From the NCBI GenBank assembly GCA_010093815.1, contig ML996586.1: a stretch of DNA of 59,679 nt, one strand, 5' to 3'. Both the position numbers and the translations under genes were made by a program. Every line of letters begins with the position of its first letter. Position 1 is the first letter of the stretch. Shown in pieces: positions 25,001 through 39,139 of the stretch. Source of the stretch: Pseudovirgaria hyperparasitica. Its lineage: Eukaryota. Below the pieces are notes generated by a model. The model saw only the letters and a list, made by a program, of their open reading frames with translations, was not told where the DNA came from and did not search any database.

Positions 25001-28000
25001 TTATTCTACGTAGTAATTCTAGGGGCGTTATAAACCCCGTTAAGTCTTGGTAATGCTCTACTAATAGAATCTAATTATATCCTAAGAAGAAGTCGGTAAA
25101 CGTTAAGACGGCTATCCCCGTAAAGTGCTCCGAGAACTCTTTATACGAGGGCGGCGTGGCCGTATTATGAATGGTAACTCGGTTGATTTCTATCGCCGAA
25201 TTAATTAACCTATAATCTCGTTTCTTATTAGCTTCCTTCTTCTTTTCTATAAGAAAATAAGCGTTTCGATAAGAACTACTATAGGGCTCGAGCCTTCCGC
25301 TATTAAGACGCTCTTTTAGGATCGTGAGTACCTTCCTATAAAGGGCTCTAGAAATATTAAAGTTCTTAGTCTACTATGCCTTATATTCTACCGTTCGGAT
25401 CTCCTACGGAGGTGCCACCTCTTTATTAAATTTACTAAGGTATAAGAATTCCTATACTAGTACTTCCTCGCGATATAATAAGATCGTATATAGTAACTTA
25501 AGTTCTACGGGATGTAGCTCTATTCTAATCTTTAGCTAACTTATACGTAGAGGCGTTAGATATATTCCTAGCGGGATAGTTACCCTTCGAGGCTCTATTA
25601 GCCTATTAAACGCGTTAAGGCCTAGGTAGACGGCTAGAAGAAGTATCTACTGTGCGATTACTCGTTCACGCTAGTCTAGATACCCTAATAGATTTCTAGG
25701 AACCTTTCGGTGGGCTTCGGAGTTATCTATAGGGTATACTTTAACTCCCTTTCTTTTATATATAGTAGCTATACTAAATCCCTTTAATACCCCGGGTAAA
25801 TACCGTCTTTAGAGGCCGGTAGAGCCTACTATAAGCCGTTCTATTATCGTGCCTTATTTATATATAAAGGTAGCGTACCTTACCGCCGTAACTAGGGCGG
25901 CTAAGTTATCTTTTCTCGATAACCGAGTAACATTTTTAGGCCGGATTTTCTTAGAAAGTAACTCTATATAACTTATTTCTATATCCGTATAAAAATATAG
26001 CCTATCCCCTTCGTTAGTGGGTTTACCGGACCCTATTTAGTATGGATTATTAGTTAAGGGTAGCCCTTAACTAATAATCCGGCTTAACTCCAGCTTCTAG
26101 TAACATACTCCGCTATATAGTTAGTCTCTAGCCACGGAGTTACCCTCCTTCTCTAAGACTAGAATATACTTATCTAGACTAGTTTCGAAGGTTATACGTT
26201 CTTATCTATATACGGAGTAGACTATTAAGAGTACTTACCTAGAGGCTAACCTCTATACCGTAAGTAAGGCCTATCTAGTATATGGCTCCCCTAGAATAAG
26301 GTTATAATTAAGTTCGCTATACACGAATATCGAAGTAGCCGTAATGATCCGACCTATATAGATAGGGTATTACTATACTATTCCCACGAATAGAGTACTA
26401 TACTAAGTAGCGCTAACTAAACTTAAGTTCTTTATATATAGTAGAAGCGAAGATATTACTAGCCTAAGACGCCTCGTAGCATCTAGTCGAATACTATTTA
26501 CCTATACGCCACTATTAAATAGTACTATACTAGTTACCCTTTTAGAACTAACTTCCACGGGGTACCTCGGACACTCGGCTACTAGCCTTACTATCTCTTC
26601 CTTAAGCTAATTAATATCTCGTTATATAATAGCTATCCCTATAGTATAGAGAGGTACTAATACGTTAAGTTTATTTATCTCGGGAGCCATAGTATGGTTA
26701 TTTCTTCCTTTCTTCTTAGCTCTCTCTTCTTAAGCCTTACGGATCTCTCTAGCCATGAAGTCGGGGGCGCCCTTCTTAAATACCGTACGATATAAGTTAC
26801 TATTAAGGCTTAATAGTTCGCTAATAGTAATGTTTATAGTTATCCCTAGAACGCGCACTAGCTATGCTTCGCTAGCTTCTATACTTAGCCGCTATCCTTT
26901 ATATAGATAGTTATTAAGCTTAATACCTCGGATACGTGTCTTTTAACTAGGATTTAGGCTATCCCCTTTATCTATCTTATCCTCTAGCGCCGTTAGCTCT
27001 TATTTAGATATTCTCTAGTCGCCACTCTTCTTACCGTCCTCCTATTCCTTAATAATCCTTATATACTACCCTTTACGCATTCCGCGGAGATAGGCGATCT
27101 TTCTTTCCTTAGTATAATTAGGTATACTCTTTATAATCCCCCTTCTAGATATTACGAGTATAGCGGGCTCTTCTAGGGCTATCTCCTTATAGATATATCT
27201 ATTACTAGCCACGTCGAAGCGTTCGTGGAATTCTATATATCTATCTTTCTTACTCTCGGGTAACGTGACTTCTTCTTCTAAATCGCTATCTACTAAGGCC
27301 TAGTAGGGACCCTTCGTAGGTTTTGCACTAATACTATATACCGGCACTCTCTATGAAGCGTTAATGTTTACTACGGACGTGGAAACCTTTACTTCTCCTC
27401 CGTACTAGCTTAGGCCGTTTTAAACCATTACTATGTAGTTCCGGATAGCTTATAGAGTAGCTTATAGCTCTACCGAGGAGGGTAGTAATAGGATTTCTTC
27501 TCCGTTCGCCCTAAAACGCCCTTAGAATACTTGTACCCTATTAATATTTAGTAATCCGTCTCTAATATATTCTACTATCTCCGGATATCTATATATTAGG
27601 TAATCTCCTCTATATATAATGCACACGATTAGTCTTCGAGGCCTATCCTAGACTATAACGCCTCCTTAGGAGTCTCGGGTAGAGACGTATTCTCTATTCT
27701 ATATATAATTCTATAGATAAACTTACGTTAGTTCTATAGGCATATCTCGTACTTAGGGATGTACTAAAAGATTTAGCCTTCGCGTCTACTAGTTAATAAT
27801 AGCCGAAAGTAGCTTAGGTTTATACTTCTTAAGGGATAGGAATAAGGGATTAGAGGTAAAGTAGAACTTTATCTTAATTAACGTAAGGTCTAGTTTACTA
27901 AATCTCTCTACTATCTCGTTAAACTTATCCGATTCTAGCGCGATATATACTACGACTAGAGAGGGGTAGTTAAATTTATTAGTTCTTCTTTCTTCATGTA

Positions 28001-29723
28001 ACTACTCTTCTAAGCCGGTCTTCTTACTCTCTATCTTTGATTTATAGTATATAGCTATGGCTAGCTCTTGTGCGGCTGAGTACTTATTAATATAAGCTAG
28101 TTCCTTAAGTGCTCTAGCCTTTCGTAATACGAAGCTATAGATAATTACCTAGTCGTAACTATATACTTCTATCATGAGTTAACATTTCTCTATAGCCCGA
28201 GCCTTAAGACTATTAGGTAGCCCTTCTAGGAAGAGCTCTATTCACGAATATAAGCTTAGGCTTCCTTTAGCCGTAAGTTTCTCCGTGATAACATGATACC
28301 GGGAGTAGTATATAGAGAGAGTAGGATGGGTCTACTTTAACCATTTCCACGTATTTTCGGATAAAGTGGATGGTGCCTTCCTCGAGGGTAGAGTTAAATA
28401 GAGAGAATTCCTTTAATAATTCTTCACGTAGCGTAGCCTACTACTATTTCTAAAACCCACTTATTCCTTTAATAGTAGGACGGAGATAGTCCTCGTAGTA
28501 TAACGGTAGGGAGGTTATCTTCTTATTAGGCGGAACTTCGTAGTTTATATATATATCCTTATACTTCCGAAGGAAGGCTATAATATTTATTCCTTTAAAG
28601 CGCTCGGGGGCTAGGGTAGATAGAGATACTATCCTTTCTTATCGCGTAAATGCTACGAAGAAGTTAAGTATCTCTCTACGAGTTACTAGGTCGTTATTTT
28701 AAGCTTCTATCGTACTATTACTAGTAGTAGATATACTAGTAGAGACGCTAGGGGTAAGGTTATTAGTTAAGGGATTACCTTAACTAAAGGTTAGCCTAAT
28801 GCGTCTACCTATAACACCTATTATCCCTTCTCTATATTAACTAATCCCTTTATAAGGTGAACTATTACTATCGTCTTTATTAATATAAGGTTTACGGTAT
28901 CCTACTTATGTTATTATCTTCGTATAAGACGTTCCTAAAGTGGTATACTCGTATAGCCGTGTTTATGAATAATAGCTATAGTAGTACTAAACAGGTTATA
29001 TTTATCGTTTTTGAACTCTTCTTTGCTGCTTCATCTAGCCCTGTTTTATATCCTATTCCCCTAAGACATTTTCGAGTCGCGCTATTACCCGTGTTAGCAT
29101 GCACATGCTTTTTACAGCTACTTTTAAGAGGCTAGCCCCTAGTGACTCCGGACTCCCTGTTTTCCGGACTCATGGCTTTAATCTAGTAAGTCTAGACTAC
29201 CTTATTAGGCACGCTATATACTTCCCCTAAGCTAGTTTCGGAGTCCTAATCTCCCCCTATAAGTTTATAGTCCGGGTACGACCTCTAAAATTATGGTAAG
29301 CTATCGCCACGTGTGTCCCTTTTATAAATAGCTGTGTTCCTAGTATAGTAGTCGCGACGAACTCACAAGTATCTCTCCTAGGTATTATAAGTTCTCTTTA
29401 AACGCACGACTTCTTATTAGTTCTCTTTTATAATAGGACGGGTCTATATAATACTCTTAATTAATTCTTTAATAGCTAAGCCTAATAATTAATACCCATA
29501 GAGGCCCATGAACGTAAGGAAAGGTCGAATAGTCGAATATTAGTAATGGGGGAAGCGCGCCGAGCAGAATGACCAAGGAAAACGCCCTCCTTAAATATAC
29601 AATGAAGCCATGTGATCGAGCTAGGGATATATACATATAGGGCTGTAGGAGCGGCCTTCCACACTAGTTTTCTACTACCTATAGTAATTATATATAATAT
29701 ATACTACTACTATAGCTATAATA

Positions 29724-32100
29724 AGATACCTAAATTTAAGAAAATCCGCTACTACCCTTAGTAGCTTTATATATAACGCTTAGCTAGGCGCGGGTTTATA
29801 TCTTTATAGATACTATAGCGTGGTTAACCTACTACTAAACTAATATTAGGAAGTTCCTTAGCGGGCGTGATATACTTTATAGTCCCCTTAGAGCGACCTT
29901 ATTACTTAGCTAATAGCTTAGTAACCTTAATATCTTAATTATTATCCTAGTTAACTTATAGTATCTTACTAGTAGGTAGTATACTAGTTAGTTTATATAA
30001 AGTTATTATAGTCTTATCTTACGCGCTATTAGAGTTATTATCTAGAAAAACTAGCTTTATAACCTTTTAGTACATCTTATAATATAATAGTCTATTTAGT
30101 AGTAGTTTAGTAAGATAAGGTTTATACTACTTATAACTATAAGTAGCTATAGTAGTATTCTTAAGTCTAAAGCTATAATAGTAGTAGATATCCTAGTAGT
30201 ATTTAACTATTTACTTTAGTATTAACTCCTTAGTATAGAGCTTATATTTAGTATTATAGGCCCGATTTAGGTACTTCTATATATACTCACTAATTTTATT
30301 ATTAAATAACCTTATAGCATACTTACCATACTTATAAATTAACTTTATAGACTTAAGAAGGTTAACTACCTCCCCTAGAGGCCCTAGTTACTTAATTAGC
30401 TTATCTATTTAGTATAAGTACTATTCTAGTTCTCTATAGTTAGCTAGAGAATAAGCTAACTTACTTAGGCTAGGTAGGAGACCTAGGTAGTTAACCGAAT
30501 TAGGCTACTTAGGCTTTTATTAAAATAACTAAGATAACATTTTTAAGATAGTTAAGGTCATCTTTATAAATAGACGGGGCTATACTATAGTAAAATCACT
30601 ATTAATTTCTTCCTTATCTAACAAGATAACAAGTCATTCCTTTATAAGCTTAGATTAGATAATATAAGGGTCCTTCTTAATAGACAGTTTTTTAAAAACT
30701 AGACTTTCTATAACTACTCTATTAAGACTCTATATCTTTTTAGTAGTAATTACTTTCTACTAAAAGTCCTAGAATAATATAATATATATATCTAGGTTAC
30801 TCTTAACTTTAAAAGAGTCTTTAATTATTAAAATAGTATACTTAAATATAGATTACTTATATCTATTTTCGACTAAGTTAATACCTTTATTACTAATAAG
30901 TTTATAAAGAGTTTTAGCTTACTTAAGGAGTATTACACGTAGATTATTTCTAGTAGCTATTAGAACGGACGTTAAAAATTATACCTAGATAGCTACTATA
31001 GTTCTCTAGTTAACTATATTTACCTTAATAGATAAGGTTATATTATATAGCTATTAGTGGATATTAGTAAGATAGACGTCGGCCTAGATTAACTAGTTAA
31101 TAATTCTTTTAACTATGTTAAGATTATATATATAGATATCTAATATAGTTACTTTCTTATTATCTAGCTAATCTTTCTATAGAATTATAATTAGATTAAA
31201 TCTTTACGTACTAGTTTTAAAATTAATTATATAACTTAATTTAGGCGTAAATAGTAATAGATTACTAATATTTAATACTAAGTTACCCGAGTTTATTTAC
31301 TATCTACTTAACTAACTATATAGTAAGCTAAAGTCTAAATTATTAGCGGTAGTTAGTAATATAAGTAACGTAGTATATATATAATCTAATTATTATAATT
31401 AGGCTAAAATTAGATTATCTACTAGACTCTTTATAGTTAGTTATATAGCGCTTATAATCTTTAATAGTCGCTTAGCTAAAATACTACTATTATTATCTTT
31501 ATACCTATATACTAGATTAATATCTAAGGGTACCGCCTAAGTATAATAGTTAGTTTTATTTACTATAAGTAGCTTATCTTTAATTACCTAGGGCTTAGAA
31601 TAAGTCTTTTCTAGTATCTACTAATAATATAGCGGTAATATTACTACTCTACTAAGTATAAATTAATTAAAGATAATTATAACCTTATTATTTAAAACGC
31701 TAGGGGCTCCGCGCGGGAGACATCTATCCTAAAACTATTCTTCTTTTAAGAATATAGCTAGCTATTAGATACTAACCTTACCCTTTCTTATAATCTATTA
31801 CTCTATTACTATAATAATTAGTAACTTTACTTAGTCGGACGGTTAGATATTTATAGACGGCTACATTATATAGTTCTCTATAATATTAATAGAATAATCT
31901 ATATAAAATAGCTATAAATTATATTTTAATAGGTACCGTTATTTAGTTATAGAGAAATTACCTACTACTAGCCTATTACTAGAGATCTATATAGATAGAG
32001 CTAACGATAAAGGGTATTCTATTACTATATATTCTAGAAGAATTAGTAGGAAAGCTTTTAATAAGCTAGGAAAATTCTTAGAATCTACCTAGTCTACTAT
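29724..32100 (-). pseudogene. RIPed third ORF of element A1 (~790 codons, sense to gag-pol), unknown function
   Basis: One frame readable as protein in the blocks checked (32100-31680, 31200-30180, 29940-29724), with TAA/TAG stops and one TGA; abuts the LTR. Confidence 0.55.
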
Positions 32101-32354
32101 TACGTTATATAGATCTATATAGAATAGTTAGTTAGCTAGTTCGATATTTACTTATATCTAAATCTTTTCTATAGACTAATAGTAGTACTTTTTATCTACC
32201 TTTAGATATAGGCGTAGAAGGATATTAGTTAGTTTAGATTAAGTATAACTATTATAAGTCTACTACTAAATTAATATACTAGGTCTTATAAGGATAAAGC
32301 TAGTTATATATAGTAATTAGTCGATATTATAGAATATTTATAGATTAGTAACTA

Positions 32355-34973
32355 GCTACGAAGTCTTACGAACCGCGTCCACATTATTATAGCTAGGTAA
32401 TGCCTCTTCGGAGGTAGTAAGAGGTTCGGAGCGGCGTTAATGGCGACCTCGTCGTCGCTAGGTAGGTGGTTATAGAGTTTTCGCAACGCGTTACTCTATA
32501 GGGACCACACCATAATAAACTAGCTAGGATAGTATATACTTCTATTCTATTCTTAATTAACGCGTTAAGAGGAGTCTATAAGGATACCGGGATAAGAAAA
32601 CCACCTAACGCGCTACTACTATATCGAAAGTAGGCCTGAATCTACCTTACTATATAGGTAGAGAAAGCGGAAGTCCTAGTAGCGCGATAGGATACCTTAA
32701 GGCTTAAATAGCTCTAGGTGCGTAAGGATTAGCGAGAAATTACGTCGAGGGCAACTATAAACTACTACGGATAAACTTATTAAGGCTAACTCTCCTATAG
32801 TATTAAACTACGTTTATTAAGACGCCTAGCGCGACCACTAGTAGCGTAACTCTATTAAGACCTTTCGCTCGATACGGGATACCGCTTAGATCTAGGATAG
32901 ATAGAGCGGCTCCCGTATACGAGAGATATTATAGTCTACCGTAGAAGATAGGGCGCTAGTATATATAGATAATAGTATACGGACATAGATAAGAGGCGGC
33001 TATAGGGACCTATTAAAAAGTAGTAGAAATAAGTCGGGTTAGTAGATAGAGGATACTTAAGTTACCTAGGCGCGTTACGCGAGTATATATATATAGAATT
33101 TAAAGGATGCTCGCCTATAAGACATGGTCGGCCTATTATAGAGAGATCCTTATAGGTAATACGAAACCGGATAGTAGCTATACTTAAAGGCGGGGCGTGG
33201 TATATAGTAGTAACTACTAGCTCTAAGGACCTTACCCCTTTAATAGGCTCTAACCTTTAGTATATCTAGAAGTAGGCGGGATTACGTCCTAGCCGGGGAG
33301 ACTACTATATAGCCCGAGAGAACGGATACGTATATTAATTTATAAAGAGATAGAACGTGTCGCTAGGCATGTACGCTAGTAACATGAGTTTAAGGAGTAA
33401 ACCTCGTAGTTTCCTAGCTAGATAAGGCGTTATACCCCTCTTCTAGTAGAGCCGGAGGTATAAGCCTAAAGGGGATAAGATAAGGCGAAAACAGGAGTAG
33501 GGTCTAATAGTATAGGGCACGTCGAACCTATAGAAGTCATCTGACTTCGAACTAGAGGACTAACTCATGCACTTTATTAACCGCTATAGGAAATAGGCTA
33601 CTAGGGAAGGCGAGCGACGCCCTAGAATAGACGCCTTCGACAAACCGCCGATATAAAGTATACGCGCACTTAGCGTTATAATCGATAATAAGCTTAAATA
33701 GAGACCATAGATAGCATACGCCGTTTCTAGGGCCCTCTAGGTAGAAGCCGCCATACGCCGGATTTCGGCCTCTATATAGGGAACCGCCCGGGATAAGGCA
33801 CGCTAACTATATGTCTCTATAGCACGACTAGCCTTTATATACGGACACGAGTACTAGTATACGGCCCTTATATAGGCTAGGCGAACGAAGCTCGAATCTA
33901 TATAAAACCGTATACTCCGTCTTATCTCTAGTGAATATAAAGCTACTACTATAGCGCTACTACGACGCGAGATAAATATAATAAGTATATAGGACTTCTA
34001 CTAGATATAGAGGGTAGTATACTTTACTAAATAATAAGTATAGAAACGTATAGGAAATATAGAATATACCTTCGCCGCGCTACGCGCGCGAGTTAGCGTA
34101 TACTACTAAGTACTCTTATATATAGGCTGGACTTAACTACGGTATAAGTACTCGATAGAAATAGACTCGAACTAAGTAGTATAAGAGATTAAGAATAACC
34201 TAGATACCCTCCTAGACTAATAGAGCCTTCGAGAGCTCGGACGAAGCATATAGTTATAGATCTAAGATAAGTAGAAAGAGATACTCCGGGCCTAGTAGGC
34301 CTCCTAGTAGAATAGATATCTAGAGTAGATCTAAGGACCATAGAAGGAGCCGAGTAAATAGATATATAAAGGGCTTATAAAGGCCTAGGTATCTATACTC
34401 CTCTAAGCCCAAACGGGCGCTATAGAACTTCTATACTACCTCTATAAGAGAGGCGTCCCTAACGTATCTCTATAGTATAAGGCGTATGGCCGGAGAGGTA
34501 TAATACGCTACTATCTCATAATATACCCCAATCTTCATACGTAAAGGTAGAAGCTCATCTATACGATAAGAACCTCCGATATCGTACGATGGCTTAATAA
34601 GTACCCTAAGGACATCGCCCGGTAGATAATTATATATCTACTACTCCTCTAATTCTAGTAGACCTAGAAATATATACCGGAAGAAACCCGGTATATATTA
34701 GAGGAAACCTAGTATATGCCGGAAGAACCCCTTAACTAATAACCTCCGCACCTATACGTGCTACCTAAGGGTAAAATAACGGTAACATAGGCTATAGGCT
34801 AATAGGTGTACCCTATAGCTATATACTTAAGAAGAAATAAAGGTTTAACGAGATGTAATTATCGATATAAGGAAGTTTTCCCCTCTTAGGTTTCTTCTTA
34901 TATAGTAGCTTAGACTAGAGGAGGCATAGGCCTATAGAGTACTACTCTACCTAGTTATATAATATTATTATTA
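32355..34973 (+). mobile_element. LINE (Tad1-like)-derived insertion, 2.6 kb, 17-bp TSD, (ATT)n tail
   Basis: TTATAGATTAGTAACTA at 32338-32354 and 34974-34990; tail aatattattattatta. LINE ORF2 C-terminal motifs RALSVIIDNKLK*R, LYVSIARLAFIYG, KA*VSILL*AQTG and a RIPed CCHC knuckle. Confidence 0.88.
32400..34739 (+). pseudogene. Single ~780-codon RIPed ORF: HMG-box-like N-terminus fused to LINE thumb/C-terminal zinc knuckle
   Basis: One frame from ATG 32400 to TAA 34737-34739. IRKPPNALLLYRK...EVLVAR*...VRKD*REI at 32592-32745. LINE similarity starts only at ~33540. Confidence 0.6.
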
Positions 34974-37900
34974 TTATAGATTAGTAACTATAAATAGTAG
35001 GCCGTATAGTTAGCTTAACTATAGTACTTATTTTTAGTTAATAGATCTAGATCTAGTACTAATCTTTAAGTAAATAATATAAGGAAGTACTTAATAGTTC
35101 TATATCTATAAAATACTTTAGTAAATATATATATTATAACGCTACTTATTATAATAGATATTAATAGCTCTCTACCTATAACGGCTAGGGGCGGATAGAT
35201 ATTATAACTTTAAGTAGTTATCGACCTAGCTAGGCTCCTAGTAGACTATTTCTATAAGCTTATCTAAGGTTATATTCCTTAACTAAGTCTAATAGGAGTA
35301 TACTTTGCCGGATCTACTAACTAAATTCTAGACTATTACTATATACTATTACCTAGTATTTAATAGTTAGTTTATAGTTACGCCTAATTTAAATATAGCG
35401 CTAATTATAGATAGCTATTACTATCTACTTATTTATAATAGTAAGTAGGTATATATCTTCTCTATAGTTAAAGTAGTTAAGTTCCTTTAGAAATGGTTCT
35501 AACTATTTAATAGATATTACTAGGTATATTTTCTACATCTCCAGTAGCTCTAGTTCATACATCTAACGGCCTACCACGCATTTAATTAGTACCAGTCCGA
35601 CTCACTATTAGCTAAGCTTATAATAAGCGCCTAGAATCTTATACCCTTTATATAGTTAAATATAGACCTAGTTACTAGGAGCGAGGTCTAGTAGAGACGT
35701 ATAGCGCCTATTAAAGCGCTCCTTTATATACGTCTAGGTAAATACTAGCGTGTCTAACGTCTCTTTCTAGTTTATATTATACTTTCGGGTGTAATTATTT
35801 ACTTCTATTAAACTAGTCTCCTTAAATAGAGTACCTTTAGATAGTTAGAAGCTATATACTATCTTATTTAGAGATTTTTATATTAAGATATTTATTATAT
35901 TATTTATAAGCCGCTAGACTAATAGAATATAGATTATCTAACCTATAGCCAGTAATATTAAAATAAGAAAATATAGGGTAATCTCTACCGTTTAGTTTAT
36001 ATATTCGCTTTAACTATTACTCTATTTATAATAAGTAGTTAATACTAGGATTTTAGTACTAATACCCTCGAAAATTCCTTTCTAAAATAATAATAGGAAT
36101 TTTCGGTCCCTATTATAAATAATTATAGCTAGGACTCCCTATTCTAGTAGTATACTCCTCCTAAATATAGTTACCTATTATATAGTAGTCTAGTCGTTCC
36201 GGCCTAGAATAAAGTAGATTTACTTAGTAAACTTATCTATTATAGTAAGTAGCGCGTTAAGTCTATTCTATATTAGTAGTCTAATAATAAAGTCTATTAT
36301 AACTATATAAAATAGTATTAGCGGTAACTAGACTAGCTTTAATTTACTATATAGTATATATCTTTATATCTAGTAAGTTTTATAGATAGGATAGTACTAA
36401 ATATAGTACTTTAGGCGCTTTATAAGCCGATAAATAAAGTAGCCTATATGAATTTAATTATATACTTAGAAAAAACCCATATAAGTGCTTTTATCATAGA
36501 ATTAAGTAAACATATCTCTATTAAGTAATTTTAGTATATAGATCTAATATTATCTATTAAGCTAATTAATATAATAAATTATACTATTAGTAAATTAAAA
36601 AGGAATTAGTTAGGTAATATTATTATTCTAGTCTAGTACTATAGCTTTTATACTTATCTAGTACTTATTATTATTATATATATTAGCTAGCTAGCTCATG
36701 AATTTTAGGTTAATCTTAACTATTATAATATTAAATATTAAGAGCTTCTTAAAGACGTCTAAGTCTCTTAGCTAGACTCTATTATAGATCTAACGGAGCT
36801 AGGAAAGAGCGTTAGATACTACGTGCTCTTTACCTAGTCTATATTTAAGCTCTAGGTTAAACTATAATAGATACTATAAGGCCCGTACTAGTTAGAGATT
36901 TAGCTTATTAACTAATAAGCTTATAAGCGCCGTTTATTAAATAATACTTAGCGTGGCTACGTGGTTAGTAATAATAATTATTAGTTAGTCTAAACCATTA
37001 ACTATATAGCGTATTTAGCGTATAGTCTATACGACTACTACTACTTCTAGCTCTATTAGCTAGTACCGTAACTCGGCTATAGAGAGTTCTTTACTAAGGT
37101 ATAGAATAGGCTTAATATCTAATTATCTAATCTTTATAATATTACCCGCTTCTCCTTTAATATAGTAAGTAAAGACTCTAAAGCTATACTTTAATACGTT
37201 AATATCTATATAGAGCCGTTATTTTAGATTATAGTAGATAAGCTTAGTCTCGTCTATAAAGGCGGCCTAAATACCCTTCTATAATACTAATAGCTAGTCT
37301 ATTCGAGTAATCTTTATTTATTTATAGTATACTATATATATATCCTACTAAAGGTACTTCTTTAAGAAGACGCGTTTTCTCTATCTATAGATTCTAGATA
37401 AGGTAAGTATAATATAGCACGTATTACTATAACTAACTAGTTAGTCTAAGGTAGTATTTAAGCTTATTAAGCGTTTTAGGATACTAGAGATTATATATAG
37501 CTACTAATTTCTTAGCTATAGTAGAGAGTCTATAAGCGTTAATCTTCTAACTAAGTAGGGTAATAGATAGGTATTCTAAGTAATACTTTTTACCTTTAAG
37601 TGTTAGGTTTCTCGCTTATAGTATAATAAATACCTACTAAAGGTAGTTAAGATAATCGTTAAGTTCCTTACTAAATATAGGAATATTATTAATATATACT
37701 ATGGTAAACGCCTTATATCTAGTATTATATAAGATCTTATTAATCTACCTCTATATATATAGTAGAGAGTTATAGAAACCTATTAGAATAACGTTTAACT
37801 ACTTCTAGCCCTAGTATAATATAAACGTTAGTTTATAATAGTCTTCCTTAGCGACCGGCCACTAGTAGAAGAAGCTAGCTATATTAATAATAGATATAAA

Positions 37901-39139
37901 CTTCTTTCCGGCCGTATATTAGATAATATCGCCCTAGAGTAGTAACGGGTAGAAGTTCTTAATACTAATTTTATTTAGGCCTCTTATATCCCTAACTATC
38001 TAACTAGCGTCCTTATATAATATCTAGGTAAATAACTTTACTATAGAGTATATAATAAATATTAGAAAACTAAACGGTATTAACTATATTAGATATTCTA
38101 TATAACCTTATATATAAAGCTTATTATATACCTTATTAATAATAGCCTTACCGCTTACCCCTAATAGGTAGATATAGTAGCTTAGCTTTATACTAGCTAT
38201 TTTCTAGTTACTTACTAGGGGAATATATATCTAGTCTTTCTCTAGGATATTTATAAGTCTAGTATTATAAAATAAGTTAGTATAACTTTAGATAATATTA
38301 TTAAACTTCTAGGTAGTTACTTTATCTTTAGTATAAATTTTTATACTAAACGCGCCTATCTATTTAACTTTATTAAGCTAAGTAAGCTTTATAGATAATC
38401 CCTCTATACCGTCTAAAGGGACTACTTTAGCCTAAAATATATAGAGGGCGTCTATTTTATCTATTAATATACTAAGTCTTATATTTTTATTTATACGTAC
38501 CGATCTAAATCCACGGTTTATAATAAATATATATACTATATTTTAGTTAGTAAGATATATATAGATACCTCCGCTCTAACTAAGCCTTATACTTATATAT
38601 ATTAGGGTGAATATATAATCTTCTACGGCTAACTTATACTAGTAATAGATTATAATCGGGACTAGCGTAAGTATTTATAGCTAGAGAATAGTATACTATA
38701 AAATAGTTACTCTCTAGTATACTACTAGTTAAATAATAGTAGTAAAGGTTAGTATAGTAATCCCGCTATATATACTAATAGTTATAATGGATGTAACTAA
38801 GGTGTTACTACAATGGTAATTAGAATATATTATAATTTAACTTAGAGAGAGTGGGGTAGCTCGTATAGGTTATAGCTTAAGTATAGTCTTAAGCGAGGTC
38901 ACGTGATACCCCTATACTAGTCTCTATCTATCCCGGCTCCGTTATATAACGCTAGAGATAAGGTAAAGCCGAAGTCCATAATATACCCTTATTCTCCAGG
39001 GTTATCTTAGGGACCGGCTTGGTATTTTATGTAATAATAACCGGCTCGGTTAGGTCTTAGGTTTACGGTCTTCATATCGTACTATATAATAGTAGTAGGG
39101 CTATATATTACGTCCGGTAAGGTGGCTATATCCTATAGT

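Larger units (their letters stand above)
18304..29663 (-). mobile_element. Ty3/gypsy LTR retrotransposon B (~11.4 kb) with 372-bp LTRs, TSD CTAG
   Basis: LTRs at 18304-(gap) and 29292-29663 share sequence and TGTGG...CCACA ends; CTAG at 18300-18303 and 29664-29667. Minus-strand pol has P*GATNLVA*FV and LFLDDLGIKGP (~24880-24990); gag at ~27400-28900. Confidence 0.92.
18210..29723 (-). repeat. Family-A LTR (~150 bp) split into 18210-18303 and 29664-29723 by element B
   Basis: The two pieces joined equal the reverse complement of 56668-56817; RIPed TGTTA...TAACA termini. Confidence 0.9.
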
